Assembly (NCBI GenBank): GCA_963745235.1
Contig: CAVUXE010000048.1
Location: 32,001 to 96,000 of the forward strand
Source of the DNA: an uncultured Spirochaetota bacterium
GTDB lineage: Bacteria > Spirochaetota > Spirochaetia > SZUA-6 > Fen-1364
Direction: 5' to 3'
Length of the DNA: 64,000 nucleotides
Position 1 is the first letter of the stretch; each line of letters starts with the position of its first letter. The notes under the pieces were generated by a model. It had not been told where the DNA came from, made no database searches, and was given only the letters and a program-made list of their open reading frames with translations. Positions 41,201 through 52,037 of this stretch are shown one piece after another. A program made the translations under genes and the position numbers.

Positions 41201-41216
41201 GCTGGGGTTGGAATGA
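38208..41216 (+). CDS. Large exported alpha-helical/TPR-like protein (~1000 aa)
   Basis: Signal sequence followed by GGGQQE; helical repeats; DAAIKLNPSNERA; start approximate (38208 or 38220). Confidence 0.8.
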   Translation: MWGSVRTHSLKALAILVCLLLLPAALVIGGGQQEASLSDVQRLMDQLDYPGALKLLAKIQREHPDQRDDTQRLIMMIISNQGKEYNQVLTRLIHVLYVEEDADAALPLIDTLRRLDPYRSKGEAQKSLLYVKFLKLMDSAAALLNEGKVPEAIDLYLSPFTDPAKAGFDMDKPAFDSAGYGNIVAASVRGAVARIVDAGTQARNEAPSVRGAQSALSSVVTSAPGPQTLARLDEGFAPLALVRQQEQAVLSSAAALDDVSKAIGESPQGTGGESYLRYISSLTRGRKGKPAEGLAQAVAMLWEPAAESAASAAAGAAASSYSEARKLFDQGDLAAAEPKLQEAYDRGVLAVKAGSFTAGALHPSAGWGFSASDSTRLASLLERISQSQETAAEAAALLQLISYERRAQALPSEATLDAQAIAAARAQEMSLHDEALGAGKKWQARASELAQQQLTGPALGALIEGANAMAQRFDSFTAQLSQKDLAYAVALARSGAAQFATRLSDEVKLRMDGQDTLNGTVNGKQPAQDVYVERKPGAALKSFNDASSALDQLTTDIADFRTKLSGPVATNPTIADILANLDTVESKVRTESSEVSRLAQLAEQQHQDALTKRKEADLAFSDGSRALAAKQYDGAKLQLGDARDLYLDSLLLEEDPAARKRYTAEIPALIDRVNNAIVEQYIADVDAQVSEGRRLFSNGEFLKSFLTLETAQGRWKATLGDRPNSDLDALLDRVRKALQASGGRDLAPDDSRAPVINGFLNIANDKAGRAEKLQKNDPRRKQLLDEAYDNVMSALDVDPVYRNAKALQLRIRKLQAKDDAAFRAEAKAEIDSIIAEYHNKKGQPERLYFALKDYQDILPDYQPLRGAIQELEISLNLRIRPPSDAEIASSNKSLADAEGIYNARDSTTYGTALNDLDAAIKLNPSNERAKALRREILQKQGSPEASGLSPADFARFAQSKRLFNTEDYADALPILDSLHERNASYPPFELLYHLTRQKLGLE

Positions 41217-44200
41217 GACGATCGACTCGAACGCTCTTTGCGCTCTGCGCCGTCATTCTCCTCACGCCAGCCGCCCGGGCGCAGGACATTTTCTGGGATA
41301 CGCCGGATGTTTTCCCGGACCAGCAGGTGCGCTATTCCAGCTCGTTCGCCGCGGCGGGAAAGATGGCGGTCGCGTGGGAAGAGATCGTTCCCAAGGGAAC
41401 CGGCAGCGGCCAGATCTACCTCTCACTCGGCGTGAGCACCGACGGAGCCACGTGGACGTACAACCGCCATTTCTTCGGGCCCGTCCCCTACAGCGGGCTC
41501 GAGCAGGGCTCCGAGCCGCTGATCTACTCGATGGTGATCGACAGGGACGGAAGAATAGTCGTGGCGGTCACCTCAGCGGAACGGGAAATCACGGTTCTCG
41601 TCTCTTCGGAGGCGAACCTGAACTTTGTGACCGTGGCGCACATTCCTTCTCAGCTTTCCGTCGTTGCACCAAGTCTCTTTCTGACCCGGGACGGGATGTA
41701 CCTGTTGTTCGTCACAGAGGCCATGGGAAGCCGCTCCAACCTGTCCTTGGCGTGGAGCTCCTCCCGAGACGGCCAGTCATGGAGCCCCTTCGCTCCCTTC
41801 ATCGCGGCCGGTGAGCCCGGGGACGGCATTCAGCTGCAACCGGACCACGTGAGCTTCCATGGGAAAGAGATCGTCGTCTTCCAGTCGCAGAAAGTTGGCC
41901 AGGAAGACTACCAGGTGTTTCTCAAGGAAAGCCTCGACGGGGGAGAGACGTGGCAGAAGGCCCGGGAAGTCACTGGTCTTCAAGGTTTCAAAGAGACAGT
42001 TGCGCGCACCGAGTACAAACCGGAGAACTTTACAAACCAGAGACCCCCGGATTTCCGTTGTCGGGGATGTGCTCGGCATGGCTTGGGAGCGTACGCTCCT
42101 GGGGAACGCAATTGGGGACCTCTACTACTGCGAGCTGGACGACAACGGGAACGTTGTAACGCCCTTCGGACGCGTCGACCCCGCCACGGGAAGCCTGTTC
42201 GCGCAAATCATCCCCTACGGCGCCCGGGAGCTCCTCCTGTACGAGCAGAGCGCCGCGGGTGCATACCGGATCATTCTTTCGGAAAAGGACAAGACATGGA
42301 GCCCCCAGGTCCTGGGCCGCGGGCTTCCCGGCAGCGCGCAGTTCCCCCACGCGGTGGTTTTCAAAGGATCCGTGTACGTGTTCTGGGAGTCCAAGGGGAC
42401 AGCAACATCCCAGCTTGTCGCCTTGCGGCCGAAGCGCTCGGTTACCGCTCCGTCCCTCATGGCCGTGGGCTTCGAGCCTGGCGTGCCGGTGAAGAGCGAC
42501 GTGGCCACCGTTCACTGGAAACAGCCGGACGACTCCGTGGGGATCGAGTTGTATGACGTGACGGTGAGCTACGGCGACACCGTGGTGGAAAAAAAGAGGC
42601 TTGCCGCGGACACGCCCGACATGGCTTTCTCCAGGCCAGTCACCAGGGACGGGACCTGGCGAATCGAGGTGGTGGCGCAGGACATCGCGCATAACCGCTC
42701 CAAGCCGGTGTCGGTGGATTTCGTTCGGGACACCATTGCGCCTCAGCGCGTGGCCATCAACCCGCCGGCCCTGGATGACGCCGGTTTCGTTTCCTCCAAC
42801 TCGTTCAGCATCAGCTGGAGCTCTCCTGCGGACAAGAATGTCGTTGGCTACACCTGGGAGGAGCAAAAAGTCTCCGATTCCCAGCAGGAATACCAGCCCG
42901 ACCAGGTCAAGCTTCTCTCACCGCCGGACCGGCCCCTGACAACGGGGACCTCTGTCGCATTCGACAACCTGGAAAACGGCGTTCACGCCTTCACCGTGCA
43001 GGCAATCGACCGGGCCGGCAACGTGAGCGAGCCGGCAACGATCATTCTCAACCTGGACAAGTTCAAAGCCTTTACCGCCATCTACACCGTGCTCTCCGCG
43101 CCGGACGAGCTGGGCAACGTGCACCTGACCATCCGCGGCAAGGGATTCATCGCCAACGGGGCTGTCCAGGCGCTCTACCTCACCCGCGGGGATACGCCCC
43201 CGTATGATCGAGTCTTGACGGCAGGAACGGGGGGATTCTCGGTTGAAAGCGACTCGAGAATCACCGGGCCTGTCCTGGACAACACGTTCCCGTCCGGATC
43301 GTACCTCGTGGGACTTCTGCAGACTTCGGGCAGGCCATATTTCTGGACCGGAGGGAGGATCGATTTCCAAGTGCCGGGCACCGTGCGTGTCGGCAGCTTC
43401 AGCGTCCTGCTTCCGCGCTGGATCGGCGGCGGGGCGCCGCGCTACGGCGCGCCGCTGGACAGGCTCATTGTCGCGCTCCTGGTTGTAATGCTCGCGGCGG
43501 TCGGCCTGGTCTCGGTACGCAGGATGGTCTCCGTGGCGCAGGAAGGGGCGCAGATCCGAGGTGAGGTCCTGGCCCTCCTTGAGGGCAGGCCGTCCGCCGC
43601 CTGGGAGGAAAGGAAAACGCGCATGAAAGAGCTTCAAAGGAGGGGAGTGGGACTTCGGGTCAAATTCACCCTCCTCATGGTGGTCCTTGTGACCATCATT
43701 GTCCTGATCGTGTCGGTCCCCCTGGGCGTGCAGATGATAGGCCAGCAGGGCCAGTCACTCGCGGATGGGCTGGAAAAGCGCACCCGTCTTCTCATTGGGA
43801 CCATCGCAGCCAGCGCTGAAGCGGAAATACGCAAGACGACCGTAAACGGCGGCGACATAGGGATTGCGTCTGTGCCGGACATCATAAAGCCGATGGAAGA
43901 GGCCGTGTTTACCACTATCACCGGACCGGCGGATGTCGTGCGCTTCCCCAACACCGCCGCGCGGGATTTCGTGTGGGCCAGCAACAGCGACTCGTGGAAG
44001 AAGCGCAAGGCCGCGGGGACATTCGAGGTGGCCATGGAGGCGGAGAGTGACCCCCTGGCGTCCTCTATTGTGCCCGCGTTGCAGAAGCGCATCAATGATG
44101 CCGCCCCGGTGGCCCTGGCAGCGGAGCTGGACGACTGGCAGAAAGCCCGTGACCGTCTCCAGGAGCTCAGCGGCATCCCCAATCGAACGGCTCGGCAGCA

Positions 44201-45875
44201 GACGGAGCTCCAGGGCATCCTGGCCGGCCTGTCGAAGAAAGTGGCCGCCATCGACAACGGCCTCAAGACACTTCCCGAGAACGACGTGTACAGCGAGCCG
44301 CGCTTCGACGTTCAGAAGCCGCTTGCCCCGCGCTATCTCTTCTACAAGCCCATTGTGTACTTCGTTCCCGGCGACAAGTCGTTCTACCAGGGTCTCGTCC
44401 GGCTGGAGGTCGATACGACCACCATCACCCGGCAGATCGTCGACTCCAGGAACGGCCTCATCCGGAGCACGGCCCTCATCGCCCTGGCCGCAATTGGTCT
44501 TGGAATCCTTGGCGCAATCCTCATGGCGAGCATCACCGTCACCCCTATCCGCAGGCTGGCTCGCGGAGTCGCGGTCATCCGGGACACCGAGGACAAGGAG
44601 GAGCTGAAGGACCACACGATCACGGTGCGGACGCGGGACGAGATCGGGGAGCTTGCCGCCACGGTCAACGACATGACGCACGGGCTGGTGGAAGCTGCCA
44701 AGGCAAACAAGCAGCTCATGATCGGAAAAGACGTGCAGAAGAGGTTCCTTCCGCTGATAAAGAGCTCGGGAAAAAGCAGCGGGAATACGGCCGAAGAGGA
44801 GAGCGACAAGGTCTCGATGTTCGGATACTACGAGGGGGCCAAGGGCGTCTCGGGAGACTACTTCGACGTCAAGAAGCTTGACGACGTCCACTATGCCTTG
44901 ATCAAGTGCGACGTCTCCGGCAAGGGTGTCCCCGCGGCCCTCATCATGGTGGAAGTCGCAACGCTCTTCATCAACTACTTCCGTGATTGGCTGAAACGAA
45001 AAGAGCAGATCATGAAGATCGCTGACCCGAAGGAGCGTCAACGCGCGCTGAAGGCGCTGGAACGCGTCGACTCGCTGGTGTACACGATCAACGACATGGT
45101 GGAAGAGCGAGGATTCGACGGACGGTTCGCCGCCCTCATGATATGCATCTACAACGCGGCCACCGGGGAGGCCAGCATCTGCCACGCCGGAGACAACATC
45201 GTGAACATATACCGGGTCGCGGAACGGAGCATGGTTCCGATCACCCTTGCGAAGGCCCCGGCCGCCGGCACCTTCGCTTCTTTCCTGGTCGAAACCACCA
45301 GCCCCTACACGCAGGTCGTTCAGAGGCTCTCACCGGGCGATGCGCTGTTCCTGTACACTGACGGACTGGAGGAAGCGCAACGCAGCCTGCGCAACACGCA
45401 GTTCGAAGTCACCCCGTGCGACGAGCCGGGCCTGAAAGAAGGAGAGTGGCACCTCGGGACGCATGAGAAGGGGAAGAAGACCGAAGAGTTCGGTCGTGAC
45501 CGGATCAGCGGCGTCATCAACGCCGTTTTCAACAAGGGCAGGTACCGGCTCTCCCGCAGCCACAACCCGATCCCTGAGGAGGAGCTGGACTTCGACTTCT
45601 CCTCCAGCGCGGCCACGGTGAAAGACGCGGTGCTGGCCCTTGTTGCCGCGGAGAAAGTGTATCGATTGATCCCGGACCCCTCCGCCGGGGCGGAGAGCCG
45701 GGTGAACGTGGACGAGAAGGTGGAGGCGTTCCTGAGGCAGCATTTCCTGCAGTACGGACGCTACTTCTCCCATCCCGTGGAAGGCCAGCACGTTCCGGGG
45801 TATGTGACGTTCACCCATATCAAGGAAGATGAGCAGTACGATGACCTCACGCTCCTTGTGATCCAGAGGAAGTGA
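41213..45875 (+). CDS. Membrane receptor: Asp-box propeller, Ig/FN3-like domains, 3 TM, HAMP, SpoIIE/PP2C phosphatase (frameshift ~42047)
   Basis: STDGATW, SRDGQSW, SLDGGETW; AIDRAGNVS; PIRRLA..TRDEIGELA..N.M; VSGDYFD, DVSGKGVPAALIM, YTDG, QYDDLTL. Confidence 0.88.
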
Positions 45876-45909
45876 CCTGCCGATACAGGAGACAACGAGG
45901 GAACATGCA

Positions 45910-47068
45910 ATGAAAAGGATCATTCTTGCAGTCGTGCTGGTGGTTGCGGGGAGCTCGCTGGGCTTCGCTCAGAGCGCGAGTGTCACCATCCAGAATGAGG
46001 AGAGCACCACGTTCTACTACACGGTGGATCCCCCTGACCTCGCCCAGCTCACCACGGGAAGCCCTCTTGCTGCGACGAGAGTTGCAGAGTTCTTTGCCGC
46101 GCAGGCAACCGAGCCCCAATTCGCGGCGTTGGCGCCCGGCGCGCAGGCGAGCCTGCAGGGACTCACGGATGGCGCTCACCTGCTGGTAGGGTTTTTCGCA
46201 ACGCAGGATCAGGATACGTTCCCGGTACGGCTGATAACGCTCCAGGCGGACAGCAGAATGGGGGACAGGTTCTACTCGGTGTACGGCAGCCCGGCCATTG
46301 TGGATGCCGCCCGAGGGGTCGGCCGCCTGGCGCAGTTTGCTCGTTCTTCCTCGTCGGAGCAGCCCCCCGTGGCAGCGCAGGTCACACCCGCCCCGGCGCG
46401 AGTCACCCCGCCGCCGGCGCAGGTCGCGCCCGCCCCAGCGCCCGCCGCCCCGCCGCCCGCGCAAGAGACGCCGCAGACGCAGGCAGCCCCGGAGCAGGCT
46501 CAGACGCAGCCTCCCGCCGCGGCGGCCGCAACACCCCCGGTGGTCTCTTTCTCCCCCAGCTACAATCCGGTTTTCTTCACGAGGGAATCGCGAGGCGACT
46601 TCTCCGTCCAGCCCATTGCGGGCTCGCGCGCGTGGACTCTCCTGGATATGCACATATCCGCGTTTTCCGCGCGCATCGATGACAAGGTCCTGACGCTCAC
46701 GCTGAGTTCGGAGGGAGACTTTTCCCCCGATGTTTCGTATTTCATCTACGCGTTCGACACGCGAGCGCCGGGCGCGCCGTCCGTCTTCACCCTCGAGCTT
46801 CGACCCCGAGCGCTGCCGGACCGAGGGGCGTGCATCCTGTGGCAGAACGGGTCCGCCGCGCCGGCGCTCTTTGGATCGGCTACGAGTGGAGGGAAGGACC
46901 GCCATCGTGGCGGCCAACCTGGCGGACGAACCGGCAGACGTGCAGCAGGCGCTGGGGAGCGCGGGCTCCTTCGACTTGACGTCGTGCTGGTTCGACAAGC
47001 CGGACGGTGTCTACGAAGAGTTCTATTTCGCAACCGTGGCGATGGCGGATATTCCCGTCACACGTTGA
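45910..47068 (+). CDS. Exported two-domain protein with Pro/Ala/Gln linker (frameshift ~46885)
   Basis: Signal peptide (LGFA|Q); low-complexity linker; continues in ORF 46730-47068. Confidence 0.7.
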
Positions 47069-48110
47069 AGCGGATCAGGAGCACATCCCCGTCCTTGACG
47101 ATGTACTCCTTTCCCTCGAGTCGGACTTTCCCGGCCTTCTTCGCTTTTGCGAAATCCCCGGCCTCAAGGACATCCTTCCAGTCAGCAATCTCTGCCCGGA
47201 TGAAGCCCTTCGCCAGGTCGCTGTGGATCTCACCGGCAGCGGAAACGGCTGTTGACCCCTCGCGGATGCTCCATGCCTTGCACTCGTCATCACCCACCGT
47301 GAAAAAGCTCACGAGGTGCAGGGTGGCGTACACGTGGCGCAGGAACCTGTTCTTTGCCGGCTCCGTGAGCCCCAGGTCCCGAAGGAACTCCTGCTGGTCC
47401 TGGGCCGGAAGCTGGGCGATTTCCATTTCCATGTCCCCACGGATCGGGAACGCCGGGACGCCCATCGCTGCCGCCTCAGCAAGAACCTCGTCATGGGCCA
47501 CTGGTTTCTCACCGAGGTTGACGATGACGAAGAGCGGCTTGGCGGTGAGAAACCCGAAGCCTGCAAAGATTTTCTGGTCTTCCGGGGAGAAGAACGCGCT
47601 CCCCAGGGGCTTGCCCGAGCCGAGCTGGGAGACGATCTGCTGGAGGAGGTGGTACTCCCTGCCGTCCCGCTTCGCTTCCTTGTCCAGCCGGGCAACTCGC
47701 TTTTCGGCAATCTCATAGTCGCCGAACACAAGGGAGTCCATCACCTTTCGCAATTCCCGAAGGGGCGTTCCGCCCGGGATTGCGGGGGGCGCGGATGCGT
47801 TTTCGAATGCGCGAACGACAATGGCGATGGCGTCAGCCCTCCTGACATCGGCCAGACCGGCCGGGGCGATGCCTCCCTCCTCGTCGTGCTCGAGCGGCAG
47901 GTCTTTGAACAACACCGTCGCGTGCGTGAGCTTCTTGGGGCTGTACAGCGCCGCCATCCTGTCCAGCCGGTCATCCGGGACTCTGACCTCGGAGAGGTAG
48001 GGCTGCCGTTTGCCTCCCGCGGAATCTCCCGTGGGCGCCGTCTGGCCGGTCAGGGCATTGAAAATGGTCGTCTTCCCCGACCTGCCAAGACCAACGATGA
48101 CTGTTTCCAT
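47058..48110 (-). CDS. ychF: YchF/Obg-like ATPase, divergent (DUF933 C-terminus)
   Basis: GLGRSGKTT, VPDDRLD, FLTAKP, FFTVG.DE..AW, AG.IHSDLAKGFIRAE, RLEGKEYIVKDGDV..RFNV. Confidence 0.85.
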   Translation of the reverse strand: METVIVGLGRSGKTTIFNALTGQTAPTGDSAGGKRQPYLSEVRVPDDRLDRMAALYSPKKLTHATVLFKDLPLEHDEEGGIAPAGLADVRRADAIAIVVRAFENASAPPAIPGGTPLRELRKVMDSLVFGDYEIAEKRVARLDKEAKRDGREYHLLQQIVSQLGSGKPLGSAFFSPEDQKIFAGFGFLTAKPLFVIVNLGEKPVAHDEVLAEAAAMGVPAFPIRGDMEMEIAQLPAQDQQEFLRDLGLTEPAKNRFLRHVYATLHLVSFFTVGDDECKAWSIREGSTAVSAAGEIHSDLAKGFIRAEIADWKDVLEAGDFAKAKKAGKVRLEGKEYIVKDGDVLLIRFNV

Positions 48111-48133
48111 GTCTTCTCCTGAAAGCTCGAGGC

Positions 48134-48162
48134 TTGCACGTTCGCGAAGGCCACGGTATAAC
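48134..48162 (+). promoter_or_regulatory. Putative sigma70 promoter
   Basis: TTGCAC-N17-TATAAC. Confidence 0.55.
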
Positions 48163-48200
48163 GAATGCCTTGATCCTTTCAAGGCGATCCAGGGGTGCGG

Positions 48201-48509
48201 GTGAAAGCACGATATTACTGCGGCAACTGCTCTCGAGAGGTAAGCTCGAACGCCTCGGTCTGTCCCTATTGCGGCAGCAGCTTCACAGCGGTGCGTTGTC
48301 CCAAGTGCAGCCATGAGGGAAAGCCGCCGGAGTTCAAAGACGGGTGCCCTGTGTGCGGATACCTGATGAGCCAGGAGGTTCGCGTCGCGGCAACGCCCGT
48401 GCCGCGAAAAACGCAACGCACCATGTCGCGCAGGTTCTATCGCATTGCCGGGCTCACGCTCCTTGCGCTCTGCGCCGTCCTCATCGTCCTGCTCCTGGTC
48501 AGGCCGTAA
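48201..48509 (+). CDS. Double zinc-ribbon protein with C-terminal TM
   Basis: CGNC, CPYC, CPKC and CPVC followed by a hydrophobic tail. Confidence 0.82.
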   Translation: MKARYYCGNCSREVSSNASVCPYCGSSFTAVRCPKCSHEGKPPEFKDGCPVCGYLMSQEVRVAATPVPRKTQRTMSRRFYRIAGLTLLALCAVLIVLLLVRP

Positions 48510-48519
48510 GACCCCCTTC

Positions 48520-50152
48520 TCAGTACAGGAACCCGAGCCCGCCGCCCCCCATGAAATAGTAGCTCGACACGCTGTCAACCTCTCCCGCAACCATTGCTGA
48601 AACGAGAACACGCGTGCCGGGCACGAGCCAGGTGGCCTCTGCTCCGACCTGCAACGGGGTCGGCGTGCCGATGGCAGGGAAACCTCCCGGCAGAGGTTGT
48701 GTCCGCACGGTGGCTGAGATTCCTGTCGTGACGCTGCCGAGGTCCGCCAGGACACCCCCGCGGAGGTAGATCCACGCGAGCGGGCTGGGCGACGTTGAGC
48801 CGTACGGCGACCACAGCGACCCGGCCACCCCGAGAGATCCCAGGAGGCTCACCGGCCCGAGGACGAGCTGCAGCGGGACGGCGATATGGACGACCGGTAA
48901 AGTCGGTAAAGGTGTCAGTGAGGAGGACATTTCCGGCCGTCGGGGAGGAGTCATACTGAAACGAGACCTTCGCTTCGACTGCCGCTTCCAACCCGACCTC
49001 CCGGGTGGGGGAAAGGAAGTTCCACCTGATCGCAGCGCCCAGGGCAAAGGGGATTGCCACCGTGCTGGGGATGATGCCGCCCGTGGCATCTATCTCCAGC
49101 CTGCTGCCGATCCCTGCCCGTATCCCCAGGAGGAGCGGTGCGCGCAGGGTGGTCCCATCCGAATATGCGGCGCCCAGGAACGAAGCCTGAACCTCCTGGG
49201 GAGGAAGGACTTCGGCCACGGGGGCATAGAGCAGCCCGGAGCTGCCGCTCCACGTGCTGCGGGGAGCGATCTTCAAGGTTCGGTCCACGATCAGCGCTTC
49301 TTCCTGCTGCGAAGATTCATCATCCTTGCCCTGACCGGAGACCACGAGCCGATAATCGCCGTCGGGCAGAGGGCTGCCGTTGCTGTCACGCAAGTCCCAT
49401 TGAAAGGTCTGGTTCCACGTCGAAAATGCGGGCAGGTCCCGGCTGTACATGAGCTGATCTTTCTGGTCGAACACCTCCACCTTCCCTGCGCCGGGCCCGC
49501 TGACTGAGAACTGCGCCTCGGCGATGCCGAGCACGCCCGGGTTGTCCGGATTGACCTGCGGGTGAAGAAGGGAGAGGCCTGAGATGAGAAAGGGCGTGGG
49601 GGCGAGAGTAACGGAGAGCGGGGTGACGGTCTTCTCCGAGACGATGACCGTGTCCTTGAACTCGGTGTACCCGAAAGCTCTGACCAGAACAGGATAGCTG
49701 CCGACGGGGAGCTCCTGGAGGCCCGGCCCGACGGTGACGCTTCCAACGGTAATCATGCTGTCCGCTGGTGAGACATCGATCTTGAGGAACCCTGTTATCT
49801 GCACCAGGCTGGTCTGGTAGAACATGTAGTCACTGGTGTACTGGAGCCAGACCGACACCTCGCGATACCCGGACTTGCGTAGGATGATATGGTGCCACCC
49901 TTGAACGATGTCGGTGACGATGAAAGGGGTCAGGCCCTCGTAGTTGTCATCCACCCAGACTTCGGCCCGGTCCGGATCAGACACTATCTCCAGGCCCACC
50001 TTGCTCGTGGGAACCTGGGTTGGCGGCTTCTCCTGCGGCGGCGCCGTTCCCTCGCTGACCGTCACGCGGTTTGCTGTCGAGCCGGAGGAGGCGCAGGATG
50101 CAAGGATTCCAACCAGGAGCGCTGCTGCAAGAAGGGCCGCCAGGGACTTCAC
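48520..50152 (-). CDS. PEGA-domain lipoprotein with FlgD-like Ig domain and beta-rich C-terminus (frameshift ~48895)
   Basis: Lipobox LASC; LEIVSDP..AEVWVD...G.TP PEGA motif; F.WDLRDSNG.PLPDGDY; ends GGGLGFLY. Confidence 0.8.
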
Positions 50153-50254
50153 GGGATGATTGTAGCCCCCTCACATGCCGTAATGCAAGGACAGCGTGTT
50201 TTCGTCCGCTCGGCGGCGCGAAGGGGGTCTTGAAAACCACCGATAATGGGAGGG

Positions 50255-50857
50255 ATGATGCGATCTGCGATGGTTTGGACTCTTCACCCGATGCCGCCCG
50301 CGCTGGCGCGCCTGGCCCTCCTGCTTTCCCTGTTGCTTGCCGGCGGGCCAGCTTCTGTGGGCCTGTTTGCACAGGCCGCCTCGCCGCCGCCGCAGGCCTT
50401 GCCTCGGGGCTTTCGGGGCATCACCCTTGGCATGGGTCTGGACCAGGTGAAAAGCGCTCTCGTTGCGGATCCGCTTTTCGGCTATCGGGGGGACCCGGAC
50501 GTCAGCCTCCTTCCGCAATCGCACCAGTACCTCATTGAATGCGCGGGAGCCTCCTACGTGCGCCGGGCCTACTTCCAGTTCGCCGACAAGCGGCTTCTGA
50601 CCATGATTCTTGTCCTGGACACCGAGAAGCTCGACCATTTTTCGCTCTTCACCGCCTTGAGCGCAAAGTACGGCCAGCCGGAAAGTCTCAGTCCCCAGGA
50701 AACGGTGTGGCAGTCGGATTCCGTTCGCCTTTCCCTTGAAAGGCCGCTGACGGTGAAATACATCGACCGGGCGATGTTCGCTTCTCTTCTCGGCAAGGGC
50801 GGCGCTCCGAGTGACCTGGAAAGCATGTCGAGAGAGAAGTTCATTGAGCAGTTCTGA
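50255..50857 (+). CDS. Exported hypothetical protein
   Basis: Signal peptide; LP.GFRGI.LGM..LSAKYG.P. Confidence 0.75.
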   Translation: MMRSAMVWTLHPMPPALARLALLLSLLLAGGPASVGLFAQAASPPPQALPRGFRGITLGMGLDQVKSALVADPLFGYRGDPDVSLLPQSHQYLIECAGASYVRRAYFQFADKRLLTMILVLDTEKLDHFSLFTALSAKYGQPESLSPQETVWQSDSVRLSLERPLTVKYIDRAMFASLLGKGGAPSDLESMSREKFIEQF

Positions 50858-52037
50858 TCCGGGCGACGGCCCGCGCATCGTCCTGAAACCCGGCCGGGAT
50901 TCTCCCGCTCGAAAGAGGCAGCACCCGTGGATCTACAGCCAGGCCGTTGCCGAGGTCAAAGGAGACTCATCCGGAGAGGACCTGCATCTCATCGTTGCCT
51001 CGGATGGCAGCCCCGTTGGATGGGGGTTCTACTCGCCGGCAAGCCTTATTGCCGTCCGCATGGTGAGCTTCACCGGTGAAAAGCCGCCGCAAGACTGGGC
51101 GGCAGAGCGGACCGCGCTGGCCTTCCAGCTCCGCGGCGCCCTCCATCTCGACACGGACGCATTCAGAGTCGCGAATGCGGAGGGGGATTTTCTTCCCGGG
51201 CTCATCGTCGACCTGTACGGCGACACTGCCGTGATCACGGCCCACGTGCAGGGAATGGAGGCCCAGGCTGACCGGATCAGCGCCCGCCTGCAGGGCCTTG
51301 TCCCGGAGGCACGCGTGTACTTCAAGAAGGATGAGCACTACGGCCGAGTCGAAGGGCTGGCCCGCGCATCCGGATATCTTGCCGGCACCGGGGATGGCAG
51401 CTGCGTCATCCGCGAGGGGGCCGTGCGGCTGACGGTCGACTACCAGGCAGGACAGAAGACGGGATTCTACCTCGACCAACGCGCGAACAGGCGCCTGATT
51501 GCCCGATCAAGCGCGGGGAAAAATGTTCTCAATCTCTTCTCCTATACTGGAGCGGTCGCCCTGGCGGCCGCCGCTGCAGGCGCGACACGGGTCATTTCCG
51601 TGGAAAGCTCGCGCCGTGCCATTGAGCTGGCGCAGGAGAATGCCCGCATGAATCCGGCCCTGCAACCCAGCGCGCTGGAATGGGTGCAGGCTGATGTGTT
51701 TCGCTTCCTCGAGAGCCCCGGCCGGCATGATGTGGTGGTGGCTGACCCTCCACCTTTCGCAAGGAGGCGCGCTGAGCTCGCCGGCGCGGTCCAGGGATAC
51801 CTGTCGCTTTTTCAGCAGTGCCTGCGGATTCTCTCTCCCAGCGGCCTGGCATTCCTGTTCTCCTGCTCCGGCGCAGTAGACAGGCCGACGTTCCGCGACA
51901 TCGTGGTTGAGGCGGGCCGCAGGGCCGGGAGACGGGTCAGGCTGCTCAAGGAGCTCCACGCTGACCTGGACCACCCGGTGGCGGCATCACATCCGGAAGG
52001 AGAGTATCTGAAGGGATGGATGGTGCATGCTGAATGA
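50844..52037 (+). CDS. RlmI-like SAM-dependent rRNA methyltransferase
   Basis: HPWIYS, EGDFLPGLIVD, GQKTGFYLDQR, LNLFSYTG, DPPPFA, SCS, PEGEYLKG. Confidence 0.9.
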   Translation: MSSSDPGDGPRIVLKPGRDSPARKRQHPWIYSQAVAEVKGDSSGEDLHLIVASDGSPVGWGFYSPASLIAVRMVSFTGEKPPQDWAAERTALAFQLRGALHLDTDAFRVANAEGDFLPGLIVDLYGDTAVITAHVQGMEAQADRISARLQGLVPEARVYFKKDEHYGRVEGLARASGYLAGTGDGSCVIREGAVRLTVDYQAGQKTGFYLDQRANRRLIARSSAGKNVLNLFSYTGAVALAAAAAGATRVISVESSRRAIELAQENARMNPALQPSALEWVQADVFRFLESPGRHDVVVADPPPFARRRAELAGAVQGYLSLFQQCLRILSPSGLAFLFSCSGAVDRPTFRDIVVEAGRRAGRRVRLLKELHADLDHPVAASHPEGEYLKGWMVHAE

